Numbered from the whole stretch's first letter, positions 23,910 to 38,353 are shown. The stretch: DNA of 63,866 nt, filler included, from Chiloscyllium plagiosum (GCF_004010195.1; 3 parts of one record of this genome joined end to end with filler, not necessarily neighbours in it), one strand, 5' to 3'. Program-made: numbers and translations. Notes: a model not told the origin generated them from the letters alone.

Positions 23910-25610
23910 GTCCCCAGGGCCCAATAGTATCTACCCCAAATTATTGAGAGAAGCAAGAGAGGAGACTGCTGGGGCCTTGACCAAGATCTTTGAATCCTTG
24001 CTAGCCACTGGAGAGGTTCTGGAGGACTGGCGAATAGTTAATATTGTTCCTCTATTCAAGAACGGAAATGGATAATCCATGAAACTACAAATATGTGAGT
24101 CTCACACTGGTGGTTGGGAAGCTATTGGAGTAAACTCTTAGGGATAGGATTTATGTGCATTTGGAAAAACATGGCCAAATTAGGGAGTGCAGCTTGGCTT
24201 TGTGCAGCTTGGTCATGTCTTACTAACTTGATTGAATTTTTTGAGGAGGTGACAAAGGTGATCAATGACGTTACAGCAGTGGATGTTGTCTAATTGGATT
24301 TTAGTCAGGCTTTCGACAAGGTCCCTCATAGTAGGCTCATCCAGAAGATTAGATGCATGGATCCATGGTGACTTGGCCATGTGAATTCAGAATTGGCTTG
24401 CCCATAGTAGGCACAGCATAGTGGTGGAAGGGTATTTTTCAGGCTGGAAGTCTGTAACTACTGCTGTTCCGCAGGAATCTGGACTGAGACCTCTGCTGTT
24501 TGTGATATGTATAACTGACTTGGATGAATATGTGGATGGGTGGGATAATAATTTTGCAGATGATATAAGGAACTGCGGAGTTGTGTGTCGAAGGTTGTCA
24601 AAGAATGGAGTGGGATATAGATCAGTTGTAGATAGGGGCGAAGAACTGGCAGATGCAGTTTAATCCATGTGAGTATGAGGTGCTGCGCTGTGGGAGATCA
24701 AATGTCAAGGAAAAGTAAACAGTTAACGGCAGGACCCTGAATAGATAAAAACAATGACTGCAGATGCTGGAACCAGATTCTGGATTAGAGTGGTGCTGGA
24801 AAAGCACAGCAGTTCAGGCAGCATCCGAGGAGCGGGAAAATCGATGTTTCGGGCAAAAGCCCTTCATCGGATCCTGAATACCACTGATGTACATAGGGAT
24901 GGTTGGGTTCAGGTCCATAGCTCACTGAAAGTGGCCACACAATTGGATAGGGTGGTAAAGAAGGTGTATGGCATGCTTGCCTTTATTGGTCAGAGACTGA
25001 GTACAAGAGTCAGGATGTCATATTGCAGCTTTATAAGACTTTGATTAGGCCACACTTAAGCGTACTGCGTACAATTCTGGTCACCACATTACAGGAAGGA
25101 TGTGAGGCTTTGGAGAGGGAGCAGAAGAGGTTTACCAGGATGCTGCCTGGATTAGAGGGTATGAGCTATAAGGAGAGGCTAGAAAAACTCAGGTTGTTTT
25201 CTCTGGAGTGGCGGAGGCTGAGGGGAGACTTGATAGAAGTCTATAAAATTATGAGATGCATAGATAGGGTTAACAGTCAGAATCTTTTTCCCAGAGTTGG
25301 AATGTCTAAAACTAGGAGGCATGCAGTTAAGGTGAGAGTGGGAAAGATCAAGGGAGATATGAGGGGCAAGCTTTTTGTACAGGGAGTGGGAAGAGACTAG
25401 AACACGCTGATGGGGGTGATGGTGGTGGAGGAGGTGGAGGTAGATACGATACGGGTGTTTAAGAGACTTTTAGGTAAGCACGTGAAAATGCAAGGAATGG
25501 AAGAACATGGACCAAGGGCAGGCAGAAAGGATTAGTTTAATTTTGCATCATGCTCGGCATAACATCATGGGCCAATGGGGCCGTTCCTGCGCTGTACAGT
25601 TCTATGTTCT
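23910..25610 (+). mobile_element. CR1-clade LINE ORF2 (RT) to 3' end, decayed
   Basis: ORFs 24421-24663 (VTTAVPQESGLRPLLF..FADD) and 25023-25400 (LEREQKRFTRMLPGLEGMSYKERL), ending in a GTTCTATGTTCT tail. Confidence 0.85.
24744..24868 (-). mobile_element. PLE terminal-repeat fragment nested in CR1
   Basis: TAAAAACAATGACTGCAGATGCTGG...TCGATGTTTCGGGCAAAAGCCCTTCATC. 12-bp TSD GGA(C/T)CCTGAATA at 24732-24743 and 24869-24880. Confidence 0.8.
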
Positions 25611-25721
25611 AATTAAAGTTGCTGCATTTGCAATAGAACTCTGGCTAACTCAGTCTATATTTTATCTGGATTACTCTTCTCAGATGTTCAGCAAATATCT
25701 CTTCAATTTCTGACTTTTTAT

Positions 25722-25992
25722 CGTTTCCAGCCTCGGACAACTGTCCGTGTGGAGTTGCACATTCTCCCCATGTCTGCGTGTGTTTCCTCCAGGTGCTCCA
25801 GTTTCCTCCCACGGTCCAAAGATGTGCAGGTCAGGTGAATTGGCCATGTTAAATTGCCCATAGTGTTAGGTACATCAGTCACAGGGAAATGAGTCTTGTG
25901 TGGGTTACTCTTTGGAAGGTCGGCGTGGACTTGTTGGGCCAAAGGGCCTGTTTCCACACTGTAGGGAATCTAATAATCTAATCTAATCTAAA
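25722..25992 (+). mobile_element. HE1-type V-SINE, 5'-truncated
   Basis: V-domain GTGTGGAGTTGCACATTCTCCCCATGTCTGCGTG and tail GGGCCTGTTTCCACACTGTAGGGAATCTAATAATCTAATCTAATCT. Confidence 0.85.
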
Positions 25993-27340
25993 TCTGCAGT
26001 AGTGAATAGAATGGGTTCTTTCTTGATTATATGTTTTATTGAGATATGTCTCTTGATTAAACTTAAAAATATAAACCATAAGTATTAAGTTAGCCTGGGG
26101 CAGTGTTTTGAGGAGGAATAAGACGGTGCTATTTTCTAAGTCTGCAGATTGGAAGAAGCAAAAATGGCCTTTAGTAGAGTGATATACTCTCCTTATCAGA
26201 TGTGGGAGTTTAGGGACAGCTTACATGCTATTGAGGATTATATCTGCAATAAATGCCGTTGGTTGCGAATCCTATCAGATCGAATGCAACGGTTGGAGCG
26301 ACAGTTAAGAGACAATGAGGAATTTACAACAGCAAGGGGGTGTGATAGATGGCAGTTATAGGAAGAGAGAAAAATCCCAGATAAAGTCAGATAGATGGGT
26401 TAACTCTAGGAAAGGTAAGAGAGGTAGGCAGGTAGTACAGGAGTGTTCTGTGGCTATCCCCGTTTCAAACAAGTATGTTGTTTTGGAAAAAATAGGGAGT
26501 GATGGATTATTTGGGGAAAGTAGCACGAACAGCCAAGTTTCTGGTATTGAGACTGGCTTTACTGCAATGAGGGGTACATTGGGTTCCAAGAGATAATTGT
26601 GTTAGGGGACTCTCTAGTCCGAGATACAGACAGATGTTTCTGCGGCCAGCAGCAAAAAAATCAGGATGGTGTGTTGCTTCCCTGGTGCCAGGATCAAGGA
26701 TGTCGCAGAGAGGGGACAGAATGTTCTCAAGGGGAAGAGGGGCCAGCAGGAGGTCATTGTAACATTGGAACCAATGACATAGGAAGGGAAAAGGTTGAGA
26801 TTCTGAAGGGAGATTACAGAGAGTTAGGCAGGAATTTAAAAAGGTGGTCCTTGAGAGTAGTAATATCTGGATCACTCCTGGTGCTAAGAGCTAGTGACGG
26901 CAGGAATAGGAGGATAAAACAGATGCATGCATGGCTGAGGAGCTGGTGTATGGGAGAAGGATTCATATTTTTGTATCATTGGAATCTCCTCTGGGGTAGT
27001 AGTGATCTGAACAAGAAGGACGGATTGCACCTGAATTGGAAGGGGACTAATACTGGCTGGGAGATTTCTTGAGCTGTTTGGGAGGATTTAAAATAGTAAT
27101 GTTGGCGGGGGCGGGGGAACTGGTTGGGACCCAGGGAGATAGTAAGGAAAGAGATAATCTGAGGCTGGAACAATTGAGGAAAGAAGTGAGTCAAACAGTC
27201 AGGGCAGGCAGGGACAAAGCAGAGAACAAGGTAGAACTGATAAAGTAAATTGCATTTATTTCAATGCAAGGGGCCTAACAGGGAAGGCAGATGAACTCAG
27301 GACATGGTTAGGAACATGGGACTTGGATATCATAGCAATT
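25993..27340 (+). mobile_element. CR1-clade LINE 5' portion: ORF1 (zinc-finger-like + SGNH/GDSL esterase) and start of ORF2 APE
   Basis: MAFSRV...MWE...DYICNKC (degenerate zinc finger), GDSLVR...IGTNDIG...DGLHLN (esterase blocks), and ORF2 start CIYFNARGL at ~27251. Confidence 0.85.
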
Positions 27341-27518
27341 GTCTAGATTAGAGTGGTGCTGGATAAGCACAGCAGTTCAGGCAGCATCCGAGAAGCAGTA
27401 AAATCTATGTTTTGCGGAAAAGCCCTTCATCAGGAATACAGGCAGAGAGCCTGAAGGGTAGAGAGATAAGTGAGAGGAGGGTGGGGGTGGGGAGAAAGTA
27501 GCATAGAGTACAATAGGT
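27341..27518 (-). mobile_element. PLE derivative inserted in CR1 ORF2, cut by assembly gap
   Basis: Same GATTAGAGTGGTGCTGG...AGCCCTTCATCAGGAAT sequence as at 24744 and 62608. Confidence 0.75.
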
Positions 27519-27618
27519 NNNNNNNNNNNNNNNNNNNNNNNNNNNNNNNNNNNNNNNNNNNNTTAATTAATTAANNNNNNNNNNNNNNNNNNNNNNNNNN
27601 NNNNNNNNNNNNNNNNNN
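27519..27618. other. Artificial contig spacer / assembly gap
   Basis: 44 N + TTAATTAATTAA + 44 N, identical to 56185-56284. Confidence 0.97.
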
Positions 27619-30190
27619 ACATGACCTCCCAACTCCTGTACTCAATACTCAGACCAATAAAGGAAAGCATACCCAATGCCTTCTTCACTATCCTAGCTAT
27701 CTGCGACTCTACTTTCAAGGAGCTATGAACCTGCACTCTAAGGTCTCTTTGTTCAGCAACACTCCCTAGGACCTTACCATTAAGTGTATAAGTCCTGCTA
27801 AGATTTGCTTTCCCAAAATGCAGCATCGCGCATTTATCTAAATTTAAACTCTATCTGCCACTCCTTAGCCCATTGGCCCATCTGATCAAGATCCCATTGT
27901 AATCTGAGGTAACCTTCTTCGCTGTTGACTACACCTCCAATTTTGGTGTCACCTGAAAACTTAATAACTATAACTCCTACGTTCACATCCAAATCATTTA
28001 TATAAATGACAAATAGTGGACCTAGCACCGATTCCTTGTAGCACTCCACTGGTCACAGGTCTCCAGCCTGACAAACAACCCTCCATCACCCTCTGTCTTC
28101 TATCTTCGAGCCAGATGCATATCCATATGGCTAGCTCTCCATGTGTTCCACAAGATCTAACCTTGCTAACCAGTCTCCCATGGGGAATCTTGTTGAAAGC
28201 CTTACTGAAGTCCATATAAATCATGTTCACCATTCTGCCCTCATCAATCCTCTTTGTTACTTCTTCAAAAACCTCAATCAAGTTAGTGAGACATGATTTC
28301 CCATGTACAAAGTCATGTTGACTATCCGTAATCAGTCCTTGCCTTTCCAAATACATGTACATCCTGAGCCTCAGGATTCCCTCCAACAACTTGCCCACCA
28401 CTGAGGTCAGGCTCACCAGTCTATAGTTCTCTGGCTTATCCTTACCAACTTTCTTAAATAATGGCACCACGTTAACCAACCTCTAGTCTTCTGGCACCTC
28501 ACCTGTGACTATCGATGATACAAATATCTCAGCAAGGGGCCCAGCAATCACTTCCCTCACTTCCCACAGAGTTATCGGGTACACCTGATCAGGTCCTGAG
28601 GATTTTAACACCTTTATGGATTTCAAGACATCCAGCACTTCCTTCTCTGTAATATGGATATTTTTCAAGGTGTCACCATCTATTTCCCTACATTCTATAT
28701 CTTCCATGTCCTTCTCCACAGTAAACACTGATGCAAAATATTCATTCAGTATCTCTCCCATCTCCTGCAGCTCCACACAAAGGCCGCCTTGCTGATCTTT
28801 GAGGGGCCCTGTTCTCTCTCTAGTTACCCTTTTGTCCTTAATATATTTGTAAAAACCCTTTGGATTCTCCTTAATCCTATTTGCCAAAGCTATCTCGTGT
28901 CCCCTTTTTGCCCTCCTGATTTCCCTCGAGTATACTCCTACCACCTTTATACTCTAAGGATTCATTCAATCTCTCCTATCTATACCTGACATATGTTTCC
29001 TTCTTTCTCTTAACCTAACCCTCAATTTCTCTAGTCATCCAGCATTCCCTACACCTACCAGTCTTTCTTTCATCCAGACAGGAATATACTGTCTCTGGAT
29101 TCTCGTTATCTCATTTCTGAAGGCTTCCAATTTACCAACCGTCCCTTTACCTGTGAACATCTGCACCCAATCAGCTTTTGAAAGTTCTTGCCTCATACCG
29201 TCGAAATTATCATTCCTCCAATTTAGAACTTCAACCTTTTAGATATGGTCTGTCCTTTTCCATCACTATTTTAAAACTAATAGAATTATGGTCGCTGGCC
29301 CCAAAGTGCTCCCCCACTGACACCTCAGTCACCTGCCCAGCCTTATTTCCCAAGAGTAGGTCAAGTTTTGCACTTTCTCTAGTTGGTACATCCACATACT
29401 GAATCAGAAAATTTTCTTGTACACACTTAAATTCCTCTCCATCTAAACCCTTAACACTATGGCAGTCCCAGTCTATGTTTGCAAAGTTAAAATCCCTATG
29501 ATAACCACCCTATTATTCTTACAGATAACTGAAATCTCCTTCTAAATTTGTTTCTTAATTTCCCTCTGATTATTAGGGGGTCTAAAATACAATCCCAATA
29601 AAGTGATCATCCATTTCTTATTTCTCAGTTCCGCCCAAATAACTTGCCTGGATGAATTTCTGGGAATATCCTCCCTCAGCACAACTGTAATGCTATCCCT
29701 TATCAAAATCACCACTCACCCTCTTCTCTTGCCTCCCTTTCTATCCTTCCTGTAGTATTTGTATCCTGGAACATTAAGCTCCAGTCCTGCCCATCCCTGA
29801 GCCATGTTTCTGTAATTGCTATGATATCCCAGTCCCATGTCCCTAACCATGCCCTGAGTTCATCTGCCTTCCCTGTTAGGCCTCTTGCGTTGAAAATAAA
29901 TGCAGTTTACTTTATTTGTCCTTCCTTTTTCTCTGCTTTGCCCTTACCTGCCCTAACTGTTTGACTCACTTCTTTTCTCAACTATACCAGTCTCAGATTG
30001 ATCTCTTTCCTCACTATCTCCCTTGGCACCCCCCTTTCCTACCTTACTAGTTTAAATCCACCAGAGCAGCTCTAGAAAATCTCCCTGCCAGTATATTAGT
30101 TTCCTTCCAATTTAGGTGCAATCCATCCTTCTTGTACAGGTCACCTCTACCCCAGAAGAGATTCCAATGATCCAAAAATGTGAATCCTCC
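27619..30190 (-). mobile_element. CR1-clade LINE: end of ORF1 esterase, APE, RT (relatively young)
   Basis: ORFs 28483-28944 and 27994-28479 (NVVPLFKK..NYRLVSLTSVVGK..SCLTNLIE..IYMDFSKAF), plus DGLHLN at ~30110. Confidence 0.9.
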
Positions 30191-30289
30191 CTGGTTTTTT
30201 CTTCCAACTAAATAATGGCTAATGTGGTGCCAGTCTCCAGTCAACCAGCACCTCAACGGTGTCTGTCGAAGGTACAAATATCCCCTCAG

Positions 30290-30975
30290 GAAGGAGCCCA
30301 GCAATCACTTCCCTAGTTTCCTATAAAGTTCTGGAATACAAGTGATCAGATCCCAGTAATTTATCCATCCTAATGCATTTTAAGATGTCCAGCACCTTCT
30401 CTTCTGTAATATGGACCCTTTTCAAGATAACACTACTTATTTCCCCAAGTTCTCTTGCTTTCATATTCTTCTCCACAATTTGTACTGACGTGAAGTACTC
30501 ATTTAGTATCTCACCCATGTTCTTTTACCCTTAATGTTTGCCAAAGCTATTTTGCCATCCTGATTTTCCTCTTAAGTATACTCCTACTGTTTTTATACTC
30601 CTCTAGGGATTCACTCAATCCCCGATGTCTATACCTGAAATATGCCACCTCCTTTCTCTTGACCAGAGCTTCTCTAGTTATCCAGCATTTCCTGCATCTA
30701 CCAGCCTTGCCTTTCATCCTAACAGGGACATACTGTCTCTGTACTCTCATAATCGCATTTTTGAAGGCCTCCCAATTTCCAACCATCTTTTTACCTGTGA
30801 TAACGCCTCCTAATCAACTTTTGAAATTTCTTGCCTAATACGCCGAAATTACTCTAATTTTGAACTTTCACTTGTAGATCTGATCTCTCCTTTTTCATAA
30901 TTACTTTAAAACTGATAGAATTGTGATCCCTGGCCCCAAAGTGCTCCCCCACTGAGACCTCAGTCACTTGCCCAT
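30290..30975 (-). mobile_element. CR1-clade LINE internal fragment
   Basis: ORFs 30321-30518 (MGEILNEYF) and 30547-30786 are homologous to 28483-29300. Confidence 0.8.
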
Positions 30976-31794
30976 TCTTGTGCACTTCCTAATGATAGGA
31001 TGAAGAATAGTCCTAGCAGAGCCCTGGTTCTGGATGCCCATTCCTTAAGAAGACATGCACAATTTTTACCAGGGCTTGGGAGAAGAAATATTTCACATAT
31101 CCGTAATTTACATTTAAAAGTGCATTTTACTCAGAGGCAATTTTGGTCATCCAGGTATTTGAAACATAACATTTGGGCTTTAGACAACTGATGAAAGGAC
31201 AAAATTGGTAAAATCCATTGAAAAGGTCAATGTTCTCTTTGGTACAGATCCAGGTAGACCTATGGGATTATTATGTATCATCACGAGTATATACAAGAAG
31301 TGGTAAAGCTCTGTGTATCGGTCAAGCTGGCTAGTAATCTAAATTCCCTTCCCTTTAATTTTTTTTTAAAAACAGCAGTCTGCCGTTGGAAAAAAGTACT
31401 TACACTTCCACAAGGATTTTGTTCACATTTCTTTACAGGATTAGTGCTGCTTGACTGATCCCACAGCCTATTATTATCATTAAGGGCCTATAAATTCAAT
31501 CTGACTGATAGATGTATAAGTGGTTTAATGTGGAGCCTTCAAGATACATTTTTGCTTTTAAGGGGATTGTTACTTGCTGGGACCTGTGTGAAGCAGCTGT
31601 CACCTCGATTGTATGCATTGGAAATGAATAACCAGATATTCCATCACAACCTGAAGGACATACACCCAAATACAGAAGCTGTTCCTGACTGCAGGTGGCT
31701 GATCAGGAAGAGGCAAACAACTTCAACACAATACCAATGGAGTCACAATTCACTGGGGGTTCCTGTGCACGTTCATAACCAGCTCACTGCACCA

Positions 31795-32000
31795 AGGGGA
31801 TTGTTAGCTTAGTTGGCTGGTTTGCGAAGCAGTGTGATGCCAACAGTACAGATTAAATTCCTGAACTAGCTGAGGAGACCATGAAAGTCCCATCTTCTCA
31901 ACTTTGTCCATAACCAGAGACATGTTAACCCACAGTCAAACTGCCCCTAGTCACCTCTATTGGGAGGGCAGCCAGTGGTCTCTGGGACTATGGTGACTTG
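31795..32000 (+). mobile_element. Short tRNA-derived SINE (same family as 20390-20570)
   Basis: TTAGCTTAGTTGGCTGGTTTGC...GCCAACAG...GCTGAGG..ACCATGAA...CTGGGACTATGGTGACTT. Confidence 0.6.
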
Positions 32001-34058
32001 CTAAGATATTTTATTTTTATAAGGAATTAAATATTTGAAGGGATTTAAATACATTGCCTGTGTTTTTTAAAGTATAGTGAAGTCTTTAATGGATACATGA
32101 ACTATATTTTGTTTTGTTTCAGCATGGTTATTGAGGTATGCCCATAATGAAAACTGGTTATGTTGTAGAGTGTAAGGACAAAGAGAAGGATGGATAAGGC
32201 AGAGGTGTGGGTGAGCAATGAATGCTAGAGCATTTTTCTGTTTTACTGAACAAGGATGGAAGCCTCTTAAACAGCCTACCTCAGCACACAGTAACCCTGT
32301 ACACATGATGTCTTTGGGCAGCAAGGCAGACTTCAATCTAACCATTTGGGACACTTTCCCCGACCACAACTCCACTAAGTCATACTTGAAGAGTCAGGAA
32401 ATTTGCTGATTCCGCACACCTGACTGGAGCAAAATTTTAACCCGTGGTTAAAATACAACATATTGTATATTTAAATGACATAGCCCACAATAAAGTGGTT
32501 CCCATTTGGTTCAAAATTTGCCTGGGTGAAACCCGGAAAAGAATGGAATGTTGCCTGGCTCCTGACTCATCATCCCTTTTAACACCTTGTGTGCACTTGA
32601 ACATACTTCTCATTGTCTGGGAAAACTAGCCCACAAACCCCACAGAATGTTGAGACTCATGCATGGGGAATAATCAATTGAACAAAATAATGGAGGGCAT
32701 TCACACCCATATGAATTGGTGGAAAAAAGGATCAAATAAAAATTTAAGAAAATTAGAATGTAATTTGTTGAAGTTCAAAAGCTGCATATAAAATCATATG
32801 GATCATTCTTTAAATTACAGACTGCACAAGTGATAATCACAAAGAACATAATTTACATTTTAATTGTAATCATTTAATAGGTCCAATGTCAGAATACTAC
32901 ATTAATATAAAACTTTGTCCGACTCAATAAACTTGTACCATCTCATGAAAGGCCTTTGCATTTCTTCAACGTCTGAATGTTAAGTCACTCACTGCATTCT
33001 TGCTGCATACATTTAAAGGATTTCAGCAGAACTGGTGGAATAATTCATCACTGCTGCCAGTTAGGGACAACACATCCCACGTTGAGATTACTGAGCTGTT
33101 AATGCCACCACATTCTGTACATCTCACTTTCTTTAAATTGCACTGTGGATGTTTTTTATTCCCTGCAAGTGACAAATCTTAAAATACAAACCAGTTAACT
33201 GAAGAAATGTTATTTATATTGCATATGTTTTTTAAAACAATTTGATTCTGTAGCAAGAAAACAATTAAATTTTATTAAAGTTGATTTTTTCTGCCCAACC
33301 CCAATAGACTGTTATAGCAAAATTATTTTACTGTTCCTACTTTATATCCCTTTTGCCACATATTTGCTGACTGGTAAAATTAATGGATGAACCAGTACTC
33401 TGTAAACAAACAGCATGAGGGGTTTAGAAACAGTGCTGAATCCTGAAAACAGCACTTCGGAAATGACTGCCTCTTTCACTATTGAAAAGAAAACTCCAAT
33501 TGCATTTGAACAACAAACATAATATTTTTCTTCAAACTTACTTCTTCTGTTGTGAAGATGTCATAACAGACTTGAACTCTGCTTCTCTCTCCACAGATGC
33601 TGCCAGACCAGACCTAGATTTTCTACAGCATTTCCTCTTTTACTTCCTGATCAATATTTTGCTTTTTAAACACTAATCAATGCTAATGGCACTTGAATTG
33701 AGTTATATTTGTGATTTTATCCCTTCTAATTATTAAGAAAATTTAGCACATAGGAACATCATTACTGAGAAATAATTACTAATGTTTAAGCCTATATTTA
33801 TTTTAGTAACAACAAACAAACTGGCTCCATAATTACTGGACTGAATATACTAATAGAAGTAGTAATAAGACCAACTAATACCAAAATTTGTTACTTTGAA
33901 TAATATCTTGACAGAATTAAAGATCTTTTCCTGGGACATGTGTGTTTTATATGCTACTATTATGAATATTAGACAGATAGTACTCCTTCAAACAAAATTG
34001 CCAGTTTGAAGCATGAAATAATGTCTTGCATGTCCTGTCAAGTTAAAACATAAATACT

Positions 34059-34072
34059 GAGAGAGAGAAAGA

Positions 34073-34125
<53 letters not shown>
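34059..34125. repeat. (GA)n microsatellite
   Basis: Directly visible GA/GAAA run. Confidence 0.97.
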
Positions 34126-34126
<1 letters not shown>

Positions 34127-37100
34127 AGACTGAAGAAAGTATTGTAAACAGTGTCTGGAGATGCTCAGAAAAGCCAATAAAACCAGCCAGAAGACTAAAG
34201 ATTTACAACTATGTAATATGTAAATATGAAGCATGGATTGTGAAATTGCCCAATATGGAAACTCAAGGACGATGAATGTAATGACAGAATCTGACAAGAA
34301 TATTTAATGTTTGTCCACATGTTCAGAATCCTTCTTTTGCTTGACAAGCACATTTTAAATTGACGAGCTCCAGGAAATGATTGTCAGTTCAATGTCGTTT
34401 GTGGACAGTACTGTACCGATACATTTGCTTTTGATCACTGACTTTCAAAAATTTTTATTGGGAGTGAGTTAAATTATAGACTGTGATACATATGCTTTGC
34501 ACAGCCTTGAGTCTAAATACAAAGAATTCAACTTGATATTCCTGCCACATTCAACATTGCTGCCTTCAGTATCAGTCTATTTTACTATTAATGCAATCAA
34601 CTTGATTCATTGTTCACTCAATTTAGATAAAATGTTTTTCACACTTAAGATATAATTTACATTAAATTCCAATTCAGACTAGTTTTTAAAAAGAAGATTG
34701 TAAATTAATCCAAATGTAACTAAAATAATGCTCAAGTGTAAGTGGCAATACCAACTACAAAGAGAATGTTACCCTTCTGTCTACACTGCAATGCACAGTT
34801 TTGAGCCCTTCCTTCAAAAACTATACTGTACTATACTGCAAAGAAGGTATAGAAAGAGATTCAGAGGCTGTTGACGAGATTCATTCCGGGTAGCTCCATG
34901 ACATAGATCTCTGAGCATGTAGGGTGTGCCCAAGGACAAACACCAAGGCAAACATCAACTGCTGCGGTAGGACCATCAATTCAGTGAGAGATAGTCTTTG
35001 GCCTGTCCAAAAATTGTTGTTCCTCCAGTGCAAACAGTTTACCATAGCCCAGTTCTGGCATCTTCCTGTGTCTCCAGCTGCACGCTGAAGAATGCATTCA
35101 AAACATTAAAGGGACTGCCACTGCAAAGACTTGATGGGGAAATGTCACTATCCATCTGCCACGGTATACTGAGGAGCTGGAAACTGTGTGAAACCACACA
35201 GCTAGCATCTTTGTCATGAAAATTATATTGTAAACATTGCTTGTGCTGTGTTTGTACTGAGGCATCTCAAAGTGCCACATGCTGCATGGCAAGAACTTAA
35301 ACTGCACTGCACTTTCGATTATGTCCAGTTTTAACTGTTATGGTATGTGAGTACCAATTTTTTTTTATAAAGTATATATTTTTGGACAAAAAGCTGTATT
35401 GTCCTAAAATAACTCAGATCATTCTGAGTATATCCCTCTCCACAGCAAACCCCAAAAGCCTATCCATGACCATTATAACAAATTCAATTAAATGTCATTT
35501 CCAGCAAGCATGTTCTGCATCATAGCTTTTGTTGATATCTTTCTTCAGTTGATATAGAAACAGTCACATTTGGCTTGTTAGTGTAACATAATATCATTAC
35601 GCTAAATGAATCTATAATGATTCCCAAAGATTTTTTTAACTTGAGCAATAAATTGATTTACAACAATATTGCAGAATGTTAGCTGTATCATGACAAAGCA
35701 GTAATTTACATTGGTGCCAACAGAATGAATTGACCAAATTGTACCTTCTGTTACAGTACAGAAGGAGTCCATTCAGCAATATTGTAGACTAACAAACTCA
35801 CTGTGTTACCAAAGACATTTTCTAAATGTTGCTAAATTTCCGATGTCTGCAGAAAAATGTTGAGTGAGACCAGGCACTTCTTCATGAAAATAATAGGCTT
35901 TAGTAATTGGCAGTAGACAGTACAAATTCCAAGCTGGTCTTAGGAGTTTTGTGGCCTGACAAAACCAGGAGCAGATCTATAAATGAATCTCAACGTTTAT
36001 TAATTTTATAGTTTGTCCATAGCCCAGACCATGATTGGTTTTGTTTTTAAACAATGTGTTACAATTTGTAAGTATTTTACACTTACCATAGTTAAATATC
36101 AAAATACAGTTCAAAAGGTCTAAATGAAATTTCAATTCCACATCAAGCTTAATTGCACATTAGCTGTGCAGTATCTAAATTTTGCCATAGATAATGGATT
36201 GAATTTATCAATGTCTTAAAGCAAGACAATCATCTTTATTCTGCTGCTAAAGCAATACTGTTTACTGTCATCCTGGGAATTATTTCTGTCAGGATTAGAA
36301 AAGAGCAACTAAGAAAAAGCTTCATTATTTTTCCACTTTTTTTTCCCCTTTTAAAACTTGGCAGTTTGTTACTGGTTCCTTTGTAACTCATCCAATGTCT
36401 CAGTACTCTAGACAGCCATTTGTCCAAAGATTAATGTATCTCCTATTCAAAGGCCAATCTCTTTGAAGTATATTTTCAAATACTTGAAAAGTAGTGATCT
36501 GGATTCTATTCAGTGAGGTAATCTGTCTAGAAACCTGCCCCTGTGGATACTTTTCTATTCTTGATTCAATCGAAATGGCTGGTTTCCACAACATGCTCTT
36601 GGAAAATTAACAAATATAGGAAAAATTTATTTAATTTTCTCTATATTGACCTGATTGAGAATGCTCAATATTCATTTGGTAATTTCTGCAAATCTTGATC
36701 TATATATAACCTCAACTCCAACATTCTTTCCCAACACTGGCATCTCTATCAGTCAGTATGTGTTTTCCCTTTTATTAGTATATGTTTTTCACTTTTTTTC
36801 TTTTCCCTGTACAATTTCCTTACACCACAGGAAATAGGAATCCTCCAGTATCCTGTTTACATGATCATTCTTCTTATGCAAGCTATTTGTTTTTCTTACA
36901 GTGTGAAATGCCTTGGGGAAGCTTTCTACCTTAACGTCACCTTATAAATGTAAGTGGTAAGTAATGAATAGTGGCAGGTTTTTCACCAGATGGCCAGCAC
37001 TATGAAATTTCCAGCTAGAGTCACTTGAGGGGAACTCGAGCTGATTTTCCCTCTCTATTGCAAGGATTTTGAAATGTGTTAGAAGAAGCCTACTGTTTCC

Positions 37101-38353
37101 TTGTTCTGTTCTATTCAAGCACAGGTCCTGGAACCTCTGGTCTGTTGGATTTAATTCAATATCCAGCACCTTCTGCAGCTCAGAGACCATTCAGGGAACT
37201 GAAGCACAGAGTTTATATGGTCACTATTTTCAAATATAGGAAATTGTTTTATTAAAAGGCCTTCGGCTATACGAAGGGAAATTGGCAATATAATAATCTT
37301 CCCTCTTTAAAAGTCATTAATATTTAAATCAAGTGCACATATTTAAATGCATTAATTCATCAACAGAACAAATATACCCTGGGAGGGATGCTATCAAACT
37401 GCAATATCTTCTCTCCTGCAGGCATGTTTCATAAATTACATTACTGTAACAAATGATAAGTGAGCAACTATGGAATTGCATGTGAGTGATGCAAGTGCCA
37501 GAGTCTGGGGCTTGTTTGTCATATTTCAACTCCATATCCCAAACAGATATTGTAAGTCATTAACAGTTTTGAAAAATCACTTTTATTCATTTGATTTTTC
37601 ATGTAATGTTTGGCTTCACAAACTGCAGCAGCACCTGCCAGAACCACAAATGGAATTGAACATGCTTACAGTAGCCCTCCTTACCACGCTAATCAATTAA
37701 TGTTACTCAGTGCCTTGAGATTGCAGACATTTTGATGCTGAAATTCCATTGAGGTTTCCCTGGTCTTTTACTGCAAATCCAGCAAGGCTTTCATGGAAAT
37801 GATAGGAATTGGTAATTCTGGCACAGTTACAATGAATGAGTATTGGAATCCCAACAAAATTCCATTTACATTATCTAAAACAAAATTGAATCCATGTGCA
37901 GTCTGCATTTTGTGCTACTTGATTTTCCAAAATAATTAAAAACTTCTAATTTCTAAATTATTAACCAATGCGTTGATCAAATAATATGCTTGTTACATGG
38001 AACTTACTGATGGAGTGGTGAAAAATGAATAGCATTACAGTCTTGTAAAAGATTTAAATAATTCATAGCCTTGATGGGCTATTGTATCTTGCAAGATCAT
38101 GCATTCTAATATCTCTGAATCTTCTTTTAGTATTTTTAAACATGGTTAATATTTTTCATATTTTTAAACTAGTGTATTTTTGAAAAGACAATAATTTTGA
38201 TTGTGTTACTGCATAAAATAGTTTCAGGGATTGTCAGTCTCATCCCATAGTTACACTGAGCAATCCAAGATAAACTGTATTACTTTTGTAGTAAAGTGTT
38301 TCACAATCAGCTGCTACTTATAATTTGGAGTGCATTTGTGAAAAAAACCTTAC

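Noticed and set aside
27563..27574. TTAATTAATTAA palindrome within N runs (also 56229-56240)
   Set aside because: Identical, centred in 100-nt gaps and giving stop codons in all frames: an artificial linker, not biology.
33421..33450. GLETVLNPEN-like reading resembling MAP1B exon 3 (VLETVVLINPSD)
   Set aside because: Wrong strand, no splice sites, and short chance similarity.
34880..35330. Possible very old RTE-type LINE 3' remnant on the minus strand
   Set aside because: Similarity too faint to support without a profile search.
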